Positions 1 through 8,188 of a DNA stretch of 64,000 bases are shown in pieces; position 1 is the stretch's first letter, and each line of letters starts with the position of its first letter. A model generated the notes under the pieces. That model had not been told where the DNA came from, did no database searches, and was given only the letters and a program-made list of their open reading frames with translations. The translations under genes were made by a program, and so were the position numbers. The stretch comes from a virus: the IMG/VR virus record IMGVR_UViG_3300010399_000006, positions 8,851 through 72,850 of that record; one strand, given 5' to 3'.

Positions 1-2230
1 ACCACAACTATCTCCCCGCGACGTAGCAGTAGATACCGAATCCCGATTGGATGGTAGTCATATTTGGGGCGGCAGCTACTCCTTCCATCCAGGTAGCGGC
101 GCTGTGATCAGAGCGGCCAATCGCCGTCTGTTACCATCGTTCAGAGATCTGCTCTTCACCCACCGCATTGGTCTGCACAACGCCCCCCACGATCTACGAG
201 TCATAGCCAAGTGGTTGGGCCTATCTATCTACGATCTGTGCAGTCAGATGCGGTTCGAATGCACCATGCAGATGGCGTTCGTCTACCGGCTGCTGCCGTT
301 GGCGCTGAAGTCGATCGGCAAGCGATTCTTCGGCATGCCCACCAGAGATTACCGGGAGGTAGTGGGTCCGGCGGATCAGCAACTAGCAGTGGAGTATCTA
401 CTGAAGGTACTCGACAACCAATGTGTGGTGTGTGGGGGAGTTGGTCAACTAGTTGACGATACCCGCAAGCATAAGACCAGTGGGAAGTTGCTGGAACCCA
501 AAGCAGTACCGTGTTCTGAATGCGGGGGTGACGGTACTGGTTGGGATGCGCCTGAAGAGCAACTGAAATGGGACAACAAAAAGAAGCGCATGACGATCAG
601 TCGTGGGCAACGGATGGGGACCAGAGTTCGGAAGGCACTGGAGAGAGTAGATACGCTGGAGCTGGAGGGCGGTGCAGATAGTGCGGTTGATCAGTACTCT
701 CAACAGGAGATCGACGAAGGTGACGACAAGCCGCCAGCAGGATTGCAGAAGTGGTGGAGATCGCAGATGAAGTATGAGTTCCGGTTGCAGGCAGAGGAGC
801 AACTGGGACAGATACCAGAAGCCACGTTGCATGATATCGATCAGTCCGTAGCTATTGAATATAGTGCTTGTGACTCCGACATGACCGTACGGTTCTGGCC
901 CTACGTAGAAAAGTTGGTCAAGGACGAAGGACTCTGGTCAGTCTACGAAGTTGATCGCGACGCCATGCCGATGTTCTGTCAGATGATGGAGGTCGGTTGG
1001 AAGATTGACGTACCGTACCTGAAGGAGCTATCGAACCAACTCAGTAACCAGATGGATGTCAAGCTGTACGAACTGGAGCAACTGGTAGGTCACTACGTCA
1101 GTCCGAGCAGCTACACTCAGGTTGGAGATCTGTTGTTCGGAGAACTAGGGATGGAGCCGCTGTACATCACCGATAGCGGTGCTCCATCTACCAAGGACGA
1201 TGTACTTAGCGATCTGAAACTCCAAGCAGCGAAGCTGATGGACGAGAGCGAGCAGCACCGTACTCAGTTTCGGTCGATCGAACTGATTCAAGATCATCGC
1301 GAACTATCGAAACTGAAAAGTACGTACACCATCAAACTGCCTAGGATGGTGGACGACTCCGACAGAGTACATACCGAACTCAAACAGGCAGTGACGGAGA
1401 GTCGTAGACCGGCCAGCAGGAATCCAAATCTTGCCAACGTGCCAACTAGATCCGATAACGGACGACTGGTCAAGTACGCGTTCACTTGCGATCCGGATCA
1501 CGTCCTCGTGGAAGCGGATTTTTCCCAGGCGGAGTTCAAGGTTCTGGCGCACGAATCCGGTGAGAAGTCACTCATCAACGCCATCAACGACGGTCTCGAT
1601 CCGCACGCGCTGACGACCAGTAAGATCTTCGGCATACCCCTGAAGAAGGTCGATAAGAACAGTTGGCAGCGCCGGGTCAGCAAGATGGTGTCGTTCTTGA
1701 TTCTCTACGGTGGATCGGCAGTGCTGCTCAAAGCCAAGCTGAAGACCGAAGCGCAGATGGATGTGCCGGTAGAGGACTGCCAAAAGTGGATCGACGACTA
1801 CACGTCCGCCAAGGGGTACGCGGCGATCGGAGAGTACATACAGGATTCGATCGCGATGGCGAGAAGGTACGGTTACGTCGCCGACTCGTGGGGCCATCGC
1901 CGGTACCTACCTGGGGTGTACTCCGAGCTGTACGGGGTGCGAGCCGAAGCGGAACGGATCGCGGTCAACCATCGGATTCAGTCGTACGTCTCGGGAGTGA
2001 TCAAACAGGCGATGATTACTCTTTGGAACGACTCCCTGCCGAGGTTTCGGAAGCGGGCGTACTGCGAACCCCTCATGCAAATCTACGACAGTTTAGTGAC
2101 CGAAGTCCATAAATCCATAGCCGAGGAGTGGAGAGATGAGATGGTGCGGGTGATGTCGAACGTGGTCAAGCTGAAGGTACCTCTGACGGCGGAGGGGAAG
2201 ATCGGCACCCGGTGGTCGGAACTGGAGTAA
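1..2230 (+). CDS. polA: Family A DNA polymerase with 3'-5' exonuclease domain (5'-truncated)
   Basis: Frame is open from base 2 (PQLSPRDVAVDTES, ExoI). ExoII HNAPHD, ExoIII YSACD, motif A ADFSQAEFKVLAH, motif B RRVSKMVSFLILYG, motif C QIYDSL. Confidence 0.95.
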   Translation, partial: PQLSPRDVAVDTESRLDGSHIWGGSYSFHPGSGAVIRAANRRLLPSFRDLLFTHRIGLHNAPHDLRVIAKWLGLSIYDLCSQMRFECTMQMAFVYRLLPLALKSIGKRFFGMPTRDYREVVGPADQQLAVEYLLKVLDNQCVVCGGVGQLVDDTRKHKTSGKLLEPKAVPCSECGGDGTGWDAPEEQLKWDNKKKRMTISRGQRMGTRVRKALERVDTLELEGGADSAVDQYSQQEIDEGDDKPPAGLQKWWRSQMKYEFRLQAEEQLGQIPEATLHDIDQSVAIEYSACDSDMTVRFWPYVEKLVKDEGLWSVYEVDRDAMPMFCQMMEVGWKIDVPYLKELSNQLSNQMDVKLYELEQLVGHYVSPSSYTQVGDLLFGELGMEPLYITDSGAPSTKDDVLSDLKLQAAKLMDESEQHRTQFRSIELIQDHRELSKLKSTYTIKLPRMVDDSDRVHTELKQAVTESRRPASRNPNLANVPTRSDNGRLVKYAFTCDPDHVLVEADFSQAEFKVLAHESGEKSLINAINDGLDPHALTTSKIFGIPLKKVDKNSWQRRVSKMVSFLILYGGSAVLLKAKLKTEAQMDVPVEDCQKWIDDYTSAKGYAAIGEYIQDSIAMARRYGYVADSWGHRRYLPGVYSELYGVRAEAERIAVNHRIQSYVSGVIKQAMITLWNDSLPRFRKRAYCEPLMQIYDSLVTEVHKSIAEEWRDEMVRVMSNVVKLKVPLTAEGKIGTRWSELE

Positions 2231-2239
2231 AATTGGTGG

Positions 2240-2268
2240 TTGACAGCACGTCAGGTTGGATGTATGGT
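2240..2268 (+). promoter_or_regulatory. sigma70-type promoter
   Basis: TTGACA-17 nt-TATGGT with TG extension, just before ATG 2279. Confidence 0.55.
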
Positions 2269-2278
2269 ATATACCAAC

Positions 2279-2452
2279 ATGCGAACTGACACGATAACTA
2301 GAATCAAAGCCATGCTGGAACAGGTACTCGACGGGGAGATCAAGAGGGCAGAAATCGATCTGGTCGGTCAGGGCAAGATTACTGTCTACCGTGCTGGAAC
2401 TGTGGTACGTATCGATCTCCTGCCGGATGCCGATAACCCCGATATGTCGTGA
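2279..2452 (+). CDS. Small hypothetical protein
   Basis: ORF MRTDTITRIKAMLEQ... directly after the promoter. Confidence 0.6.
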   Translation: MRTDTITRIKAMLEQVLDGEIKRAEIDLVGQGKITVYRAGTVVRIDLLPDADNPDMS

Positions 2453-2461
2453 GGTGAAGGA

Positions 2462-2601
2462 GTTGATCTTTGAGTGTTCGTGATTGCAGCGGATTCCATC
2501 GAGGCCGCAAGAGACCACTACCGTTGATGGGCGAGCTGTACCCGATGATGGCGAACCCGTAGGTGTTGCGCGTATGCAGTCACGAACATCGAGAGATCAA
2601 C
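2462..2601 (+). ncRNA. Candidate structured RNA with long closing stem
   Basis: 2474-2488 pairs with 2575-2589 (15 bp, 2 G-U); 2462-2469 pairs with 2594-2601; intergenic. Confidence 0.55.
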
Positions 2602-2612
2602 ACGGAGGCTGA

Positions 2613-2849
2613 ATGACGTTTAGAGTAGTTACCAAGGGTGCCTGCGATCGGTGTGGACTCGCCGATGAACGCGATGGGGCGGAGTACGGTATACCGCCCA
2701 AGGGTTGGTCAGAAATTACGATCAACACCCGGAGTCGTGGGCGTGAGGACTCTGGCTGGACCAACTCCAAATCAACTAGATACCTGACTTGTCCTAGCTG
2801 TACTGATGCCGTCAAAGAAGTAGTTACCGCTACTGGAGACCAAACCTGA
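2613..2849 (+). CDS. Small zinc-finger protein
   Basis: GGAGG SD; CDRC...CPSC. Confidence 0.7.
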   Translation: MTFRVVTKGACDRCGLADERDGAEYGIPPKGWSEITINTRSRGREDSGWTNSKSTRYLTCPSCTDAVKEVVTATGDQT

Positions 2850-3277
2850 TGCCAACCGTACAAGTACCTCTCCAACCGTACACCGCGATCACCAAGCTCG
2901 CTAAGAGCAAGCGGTTCAAAGAACTCGCTGCCGAGAAGATCTCCCTCAAACAGCAACGCGAGAGGGTCGCCGCGCGGGAAGAGGAAGTCAACGCCGAACT
3001 CTATCTGGTGATGGACAAGGACATCGACGACGACGACACCAAATCAGTGGAGTTCGAGGGCTACATGCTGACGAAGATCGACGCCGGTACCACCAGCAAG
3101 TTCAGCAAAACCGATCTGATGAAGAGACCCATTCGCTGCACCGGCTGCGCTGAGTGCAAAAAGAAGAAGGTAACGCTGTTCGTCACGGCGGTAGACATCG
3201 AGGCATGTACTACCGAGGGGAGCAGGAAACCCACGGTGAGTGCTGAGAAGATCGATAAGGACAAAAAGAAGAAATGA
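2849..3277 (+). CDS. Hypothetical coiled-coil protein with Cys cluster
   Basis: Coupled to the previous gene; N-terminal coiled coil, CTGCAEC, Lys-rich tail. Confidence 0.75.
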   Translation: MPTVQVPLQPYTAITKLAKSKRFKELAAEKISLKQQRERVAAREEEVNAELYLVMDKDIDDDDTKSVEFEGYMLTKIDAGTTSKFSKTDLMKRPIRCTGCAECKKKKVTLFVTAVDIEACTTEGSRKPTVSAEKIDKDKKKK

Positions 3278-3522
3278 CTTTCGCCGCCACTGATACCTCA
3301 GCGGTATGTACCGCCCAACCGTGCATGCACTACGGCGAGGAGCAGCGTCACGATCGCCAGCACCAACTCCGTGAGCACTGCACGGTACCGGTGGTGATGT
3401 GCAGCAAGTGTCAAGTGGTACCGGTGGGGAGATCGGAAGAAGAGTTGCTTGGTGGTGGATGGATTAGAGTTAGTGATCAGAGTGGAATCAGTTATCGGTG
3501 CGGTACTTGTGGGGTAGCATGA
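3274..3522 (+). CDS. Cys/His-rich hypothetical protein
   Basis: ATGA overlap; CxxC pairs. Confidence 0.6.
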   Translation: MTFAATDTSAVCTAQPCMHYGEEQRHDRQHQLREHCTVPVVMCSKCQVVPVGRSEEELLGGGWIRVSDQSGISYRCGTCGVA

Positions 3523-3806
3523 TGGTGATGGAGATGGGAATGGAGCCGCGTTGCCGGAATTGCTGGCGACCGTACGCGATGCATACGGAGGGGCAGGATA
3601 AGCACGGCGGATGGCACATGTGGTGCCCCGACTGTCAGGACGAGTACGAGCCCGACGAATCGCCCGAAGCGCGCGTTCACGCAGCAGCGGATGAGTGGAT
3701 TGAACTCTGTCGAAGGCGAGGGTATGCGCCGGAAAGCGAAGTGTCGGAAGTTGAGCGACGGTTCGTGGCCGCTCTGCTAGCAATCGAGAAAGCAGCCAAC
3801 GAGTGA
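3519..3806 (+). CDS. Small zinc-finger protein
   Basis: ATGA overlap; CRNC...CPDC. Confidence 0.65.
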   Translation: MMVMEMGMEPRCRNCWRPYAMHTEGQDKHGGWHMWCPDCQDEYEPDESPEARVHAAADEWIELCRRRGYAPESEVSEVERRFVAALLAIEKAANE

Positions 3807-3846
3807 CAGCTTCGGCGGAACACCCGCCGCGAAAGGAGGAGGGAAG

Positions 3847-4230
3847 TTGAAGCCATATCCCTATCGGCCTAGCGTCGTGCAGAACCGGAAGTTGGTAGGC
3901 TTCATGGCCTTCAACCACGCTACCGGCGCGATGAAACTCTGCGACGGATACAGCCCGTGGCTCAAGGGGATGAAGCGACAAATCTTTGCGGGTGCCGGTG
4001 CCGACAAAGAGGCCACCGTTTTCAAGGACCCGTCGTCGGCGTTGCTTTGGATCAGGAGGACGATTCAACAGGGACGGACCGAATGGAAGCGACGTTGCCG
4101 AGAAGACGGTACGGCAACGCGCTGGCAGGATTCCGACTGGAAATGGTTGCATCGCGAGACGTGGTCTGTTATTCGGGTCTTCGTCGCGCTCAACTCCGAA
4201 CACCAACCGAACCGAAAAGGAGCCCCATGA
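3847..4230 (+). CDS. Hypothetical protein
   Basis: AGGAGG SD before TTG; stop overlaps the next ATG. Confidence 0.65.
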   Translation: MKPYPYRPSVVQNRKLVGFMAFNHATGAMKLCDGYSPWLKGMKRQIFAGAGADKEATVFKDPSSALLWIRRTIQQGRTEWKRRCREDGTATRWQDSDWKWLHRETWSVIRVFVALNSEHQPNRKGAP

Positions 4231-4715
4231 AACGAAGAATCGTCCCCCTGTTTCTCATCGCAGTTCTCACCACCGGTTGCGGCACGATGGGCAATATCTT
4301 CCGCCGTTCCGGCACCGCTACTGACGCGAAGACAGCATCACTCCAAGCCCTGTCCACCACAACGCGTACGGCGAAGCTACTGGTGACGGCAGCGGCAGCT
4401 CTCGCCGATGCCGGGGTGATCACCGAGCCCCAGTGGCGTAAGATCGCCGCAGCGTCAGTGAACGCTGGCAATGCCCTCCAGGCGTGGCACGATGCGCTTC
4501 AGGCCAACAAAGACGCGACCGAGTACGTGGCTGTCGTGGGGCAGGCGCTAGCTGTGCTGGAAGCGCTGATGCCCGAGCCGTCCGGTAAACGGTCGAGTCC
4601 AGCAGCGTCAGTTGCACCGGAGACGTTCACTCCCGGCATGCCGGTCTCACTCACTGAGTTGTCGTCTGCAATCTTCCAACTCTCCCATCCATCACTTTTG
4701 CGCCGCGCCGCGTAA
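4227..4715 (+). CDS. Putative lipoprotein
   Basis: AAGGAG SD; MKRRIVPLFLIAVLTTGC signal peptide with lipobox; helical body. Confidence 0.75.
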   Translation: MKRRIVPLFLIAVLTTGCGTMGNIFRRSGTATDAKTASLQALSTTTRTAKLLVTAAAALADAGVITEPQWRKIAAASVNAGNALQAWHDALQANKDATEYVAVVGQALAVLEALMPEPSGKRSSPAASVAPETFTPGMPVSLTELSSAIFQLSHPSLLRRAA

Positions 4716-4739
4716 CCAGAAAGCGCGAGGAGGACACTG

Positions 4740-4967
4740 ATGCCCGCACTGCTCCAATTCCTGACCGTCATCCTTCCGCTGGTGCCGGAACTGACTTCGC
4801 AGTTCCGATCGGCGTTCGTCCAAGTGGGCGGCGACCCAGCGGATTTCGACAAGATCCTTGCGGAGATCCAGACTGATATCGATGTACTGAAGAATCCCGA
4901 TTCGCTACGGAAACGCAAGACAGCAACAAGGGCGACGGGGAAAAAGAAAAAGGCGGAGCAAGCGTGA
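4740..4967 (+). CDS. Small amphipathic protein with basic tail
   Basis: GAGGAGG SD. Confidence 0.7.
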   Translation: MPALLQFLTVILPLVPELTSQFRSAFVQVGGDPADFDKILAEIQTDIDVLKNPDSLRKRKTATRATGKKKKAEQA

Positions 4968-5007
4968 ATCGACAGTATCAGACACCGTAGTTAGAGAGGA
5001 GATACCC

Positions 5008-5697
5008 ATGAAGGACGCGACAGACATCACAGTCATTCTCGATCGTAGCGGGTCGATGGATATGATCAAGGCAGACACTATCGGCGGGTTCAACCAGTTC
5101 CTTGCCGAGCAGCAGAAGGAACCCGGAGAGTGCTCACTGACACTCATCCAGTTCGACACGCAGAACGCTCAGGAGTACGTCTGCAACGCGGTCCCGATTG
5201 CCGACGTAAAGCCTCTGACGGAGTTGACGTTCGTACCGCGTGCTGGAACGCCGCTCTACGACGCTCTCGGTCAAGCGATCGTACGTACCGGAGAGAGGTA
5301 CGCTGCGATGCCAGAAGATCAGCGACCGGAGAAGGTGCTGTTCATCATCATCACCGATGGTGAGGAGAATTCCAGCAAAGAGTATGATCGCGCCAAGGTG
5401 TTCGCGATGGTCGGTGAACAGGAGAAGACGTATGGCTGGCACTTCATCTACATCGGAGCCAATCAGGACGCTATGGCTGTTGGAGCGAGCGTCGGCGTTC
5501 GCGCAATGGCTTCCATGACGTACGCTCCAACGCCAGATGCGATTCACGCGACCTACACCAGCCTGTCTGCCAACGTGAAGTCGGCGCGGATCGGTGCTCG
5601 GGCACAGATGGGAGCGAACCTCGGGTGGACTGACGAACAGCGGAAGAGGGCACGCGGTTCTGGCTCTGGATCTTCTAACAGGCCGAAGGGGCAATGA
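5008..5697 (+). CDS. von Willebrand factor A (vWA) domain protein
   Basis: MIDAS DRSGSM, GTPLYDA, IITDGEENSS, FIYIGAN. Confidence 0.92.
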   Translation: MKDATDITVILDRSGSMDMIKADTIGGFNQFLAEQQKEPGECSLTLIQFDTQNAQEYVCNAVPIADVKPLTELTFVPRAGTPLYDALGQAIVRTGERYAAMPEDQRPEKVLFIIITDGEENSSKEYDRAKVFAMVGEQEKTYGWHFIYIGANQDAMAVGASVGVRAMASMTYAPTPDAIHATYTSLSANVKSARIGARAQMGANLGWTDEQRKRARGSGSGSSNRPKGQ

Positions 5698-5975
5698 CCG
5701 TGAAACGTGCACTAGTCTTCGCTGCCATCCTACTTCTCGTCACGTCGTGTGCGTCAGGCCCAACACCGCGCGATCTTGCCCAACTCACCTACTACCGCAT
5801 GACCCACAAGGTGTTGGTGTTCGTGCCCGGCCCTGACGGTCTGGTGAGTTGCTGGGTGAGTGAGCGGAACATCCCGAAAGGTGCGGCGCAGTGCCAAGCG
5901 GATGCGTTCGCCGTGAAGTCGAAAGTACAATCGCAACCACAAACCCAAACATCAACGGGAGGAGCAGGACGATGA
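5694..5975 (+). CDS. Putative lipoprotein
   Basis: KRALVFAAILLLVTSC lipobox. Confidence 0.7.
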   Translation: MTVKRALVFAAILLLVTSCASGPTPRDLAQLTYYRMTHKVLVFVPGPDGLVSCWVSERNIPKGAAQCQADAFAVKSKVQSQPQTQTSTGGAGR

Positions 5976-6457
5976 GCAACTTCGCAGAACTTAAACAGGC
6001 AATCGATCAACTGAAGGCAGAGGTGGGCGGACTGCGAGACGACGTGAATCAAGTCCTCGCAGCGGCAACTGGTGGCGGCTTGCTCGGCGTCGGCGAGCTG
6101 AATGCCGGAGCACTCAAGGTGGACGCCGACGCACAGACCATCTTCGCCAAGCGGTGGAACTCGGCGGCGGAAGCGGAGCGGGACCTCGATCCGATCAACG
6201 CCGCGACCGTGACCAACGGCGGCCAAGTCTACAACTGGGGTCCGGCCTTCAACGAAGGCGGCAAGTTCATGGCGTTCACCAACCCGTCCGCCGAGGCGAC
6301 GAACTTCTTCTTCCAAGGCCCGCTGTACAAGGCGGCGGCGGCGAAGAAGGCGGCGCAGCCCGACACTCGACCGGCTGACGTGGACGTGGACGCGGGCAGT
6401 GCCGATCGTCAGCAGCGCGTGCAGTCGGCGACGGAGAAGGACGGGGAGCAACCGTAG
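5972..6457 (+). CDS. Hypothetical protein
   Basis: GGGAGGAG SD, ATGA overlap; MSNFAELKQAIDQLK coiled-coil start. Confidence 0.7.
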   Translation: MSNFAELKQAIDQLKAEVGGLRDDVNQVLAAATGGGLLGVGELNAGALKVDADAQTIFAKRWNSAAEAERDLDPINAATVTNGGQVYNWGPAFNEGGKFMAFTNPSAEATNFFFQGPLYKAAAAKKAAQPDTRPADVDVDAGSADRQQRVQSATEKDGEQP

Positions 6458-6460
6458 CCA

Positions 6461-6592
6461 ATGGGCGCCTCCCGCATCGATTGCTGTACCGAATGCGGCT
6501 GCGAGATCCCTGAGTGGCAGACGTGCGGGTGCGAGCACAGCGAGGGCGGTGGGCAGCATCATCGAGAGTGTTGTAGGTGGAGGCAGCGATGA
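6461..6592 (+). CDS. 43-aa Cys/His-rich microprotein (not in ORF track)
   Basis: GGGGAG SD; MGASRIDCCTECGCEIPEWQTCGCEHSEGGGQHHRECCRWRQR; stop overlaps the next ATG. Confidence 0.55.
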   Translation: MGASRIDCCTECGCEIPEWQTCGCEHSEGGGQHHRECCRWRQR

Positions 6593-6774
6593 CCAGATGG
6601 TCCGTGAACGAAGTCGGATGCCTGCCCGAAGAAGACGTGTGTAGCCTCCATAGTCAGCCGTTGGTGTGCGATCACGGCTGTGATAGCGCCAAGCCTCACA
6701 AGTGCGGGCCTGAAATGGTAGAGGTAGGAAGTGACACACCGTACACGGTCGTAGAGTCTCAGTTGAAGAGGTAG
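6589..6774 (+). CDS. Cys/His-rich small protein
   Basis: GGAGG SD, ATGA overlap. Confidence 0.6.
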   Translation: MTRWSVNEVGCLPEEDVCSLHSQPLVCDHGCDSAKPHKCGPEMVEVGSDTPYTVVESQLKR

Positions 6775-6880
6775 ATCGAATGCCCGCCACTTAGTGTGTT
6801 GCGGACAGAGCAGTGGCCGGGGAGCACGGGAAAACTCAAATACCGATGCTCACCCGGCTGCTGCGATTTGAAGGGCGCAG

Positions 6881-7129
6881 ATGAAGAAATGTAGACCACG
6901 ATGCTGGTTCACGGTGTACGGATGTCCGGGTGAGACAACTCCGTACTGCGTCCGGTGCGGTGCGAAGAATCCGCGCTGGCCCAAATTCCACTGTGCCTAT
7001 AAGTACGAAAAGGGTGGCTACTACTGCCACCACTGGCTTTCTGCTCATTCGGACTTACTCGATCACAAGCCTGTGGCGCTGAATTTCGGCGTGGACCGCA
7101 GAAGCGAACGCGGTGCATGTCCAAGTTGA
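6881..7129 (+). CDS. Cys-rich small protein
   Basis: CRPRC...CVRC...CHH. Confidence 0.55.
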   Translation: MKKCRPRCWFTVYGCPGETTPYCVRCGAKNPRWPKFHCAYKYEKGGYYCHHWLSAHSDLLDHKPVALNFGVDRRSERGACPS

Positions 7130-7202
7130 GCGATTCAGGACGAAGGAGATAGACGCACATGAAGCTATCTGAAGCAAGAGTCTTAGGAGTGCCGGTGGTA
7201 TC

Positions 7203-7838
7203 GTGAGGCGCCTTCGCTACATTCAGACGTGTGAGGTTTGCAACGTTGATTTTTGGATTACTCCATCCTTGGTGGGAGTGCGGTTTACGTGTTCTTTGCG
7301 CTGTAGAAGATCACTGGCTATCGCTCGTGTGTCGGGTGCCATCACTACATTCCTTACAGGCAATGATCAGTTCATACGCTGGCCATTGACCAAAAGAAAA
7401 GAGGCGCTTGTTGATACCAAAGATGTACCGCTAGTCGCTCAGTACAAATGGCATGCCGCCCAGTTCGGACATAACTGGTACGCACGAACAAACATCACGT
7501 TGGATAGTGGTGAACGATGCACCATTACCATGCACACACTACTTATGGGAAGTAGGTCTGGGCATGAAGTGGATCATAGGGATGGCAATGGTCTCAATAA
7601 CCGGCGACTCAATTTGCGCTGGGCAACGCGTACCCAAAATAGAGCAAACCAACGTCGTTCGTCGTCTACGTCCGGAGTGAAGGGCGTCTACTGGCATTCA
7701 CGCGACAAGACATGGCAATCAGCTATCGCCGGTAAACATCTCGGCTACTTCAACTCAAAAGAAGAAGCACAATCAGCGTACGCCGCTGCCGCAGAACAAC
7801 TATATGGAGAGTTCGCATGCACAACACCAATGTCGTAA
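7203..7838 (+). CDS. HNH endonuclease with C-terminal AP2-like domain (free-standing homing endonuclease)
   Basis: VDHRDGNGLNNRRLNLRWAT..QN (HNH); SGVKGVYW...HLGYF..KEEA..AY..AA..LYGEFA (AP2); N-terminal CxxC...CxxxC. Confidence 0.93.
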   Translation: MRRLRYIQTCEVCNVDFWITPSLVGVRFTCSLRCRRSLAIARVSGAITTFLTGNDQFIRWPLTKRKEALVDTKDVPLVAQYKWHAAQFGHNWYARTNITLDSGERCTITMHTLLMGSRSGHEVDHRDGNGLNNRRLNLRWATRTQNRANQRRSSSTSGVKGVYWHSRDKTWQSAIAGKHLGYFNSKEEAQSAYAAAAEQLYGEFACTTPMS

Positions 7839-7840
7839 AC

Positions 7841-8188
7841 ATGTCACTATCAACTGCGATCAGGCTGGGATCGATGTTGGGGCCGCAAGGATTCTTTCGT
7901 CGGCGACACTACGTAGATAGCGAAACAATTGCAACGTGTGCCGTAGGTGCGGCGGAGGCGGCGATCGATGGGAACGTTTTCATCGTGTTTCCGATTCTAC
8001 TCTCGCCATTTACTACCTGCTGCAAAGACGGATATTCAGCGGGCGATGTGTATGCACACATCTCTCACTTGAACGATCATCACCGTTGGACCCGCGAGCA
8101 CATCGCCGATTGGGTTGAGCGGATCGAGAATGCCCAAGAGCTGACGACGATCACGACTACGACGGAACTTGCTGAGGTGCCAGCGTGA
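7841..8188 (+). CDS. Hypothetical phage protein
   Basis: MSLSTAIRLGSML...CAVGAA...LNDHHRWTREHIADWV; coupled to the next gene. Confidence 0.75.
   Translation: MSLSTAIRLGSMLGPQGFFRRRHYVDSETIATCAVGAAEAAIDGNVFIVFPILLSPFTTCCKDGYSAGDVYAHISHLNDHHRWTREHIADWVERIENAQELTTITTTTELAEVPA

Noticed and set aside
3298-6790. Long antisense ORFs (3298-4206, 5792-6790) and similar shadows such as 34694-35563 and 49456-50187
   Set aside because: They lie opposite well-supported genes, lack SDs, and are expected in GC-rich DNA.
7177-7857. Group I intron around the HNH gene
   Set aside because: No room for, or sign of, the P3-P7 core.
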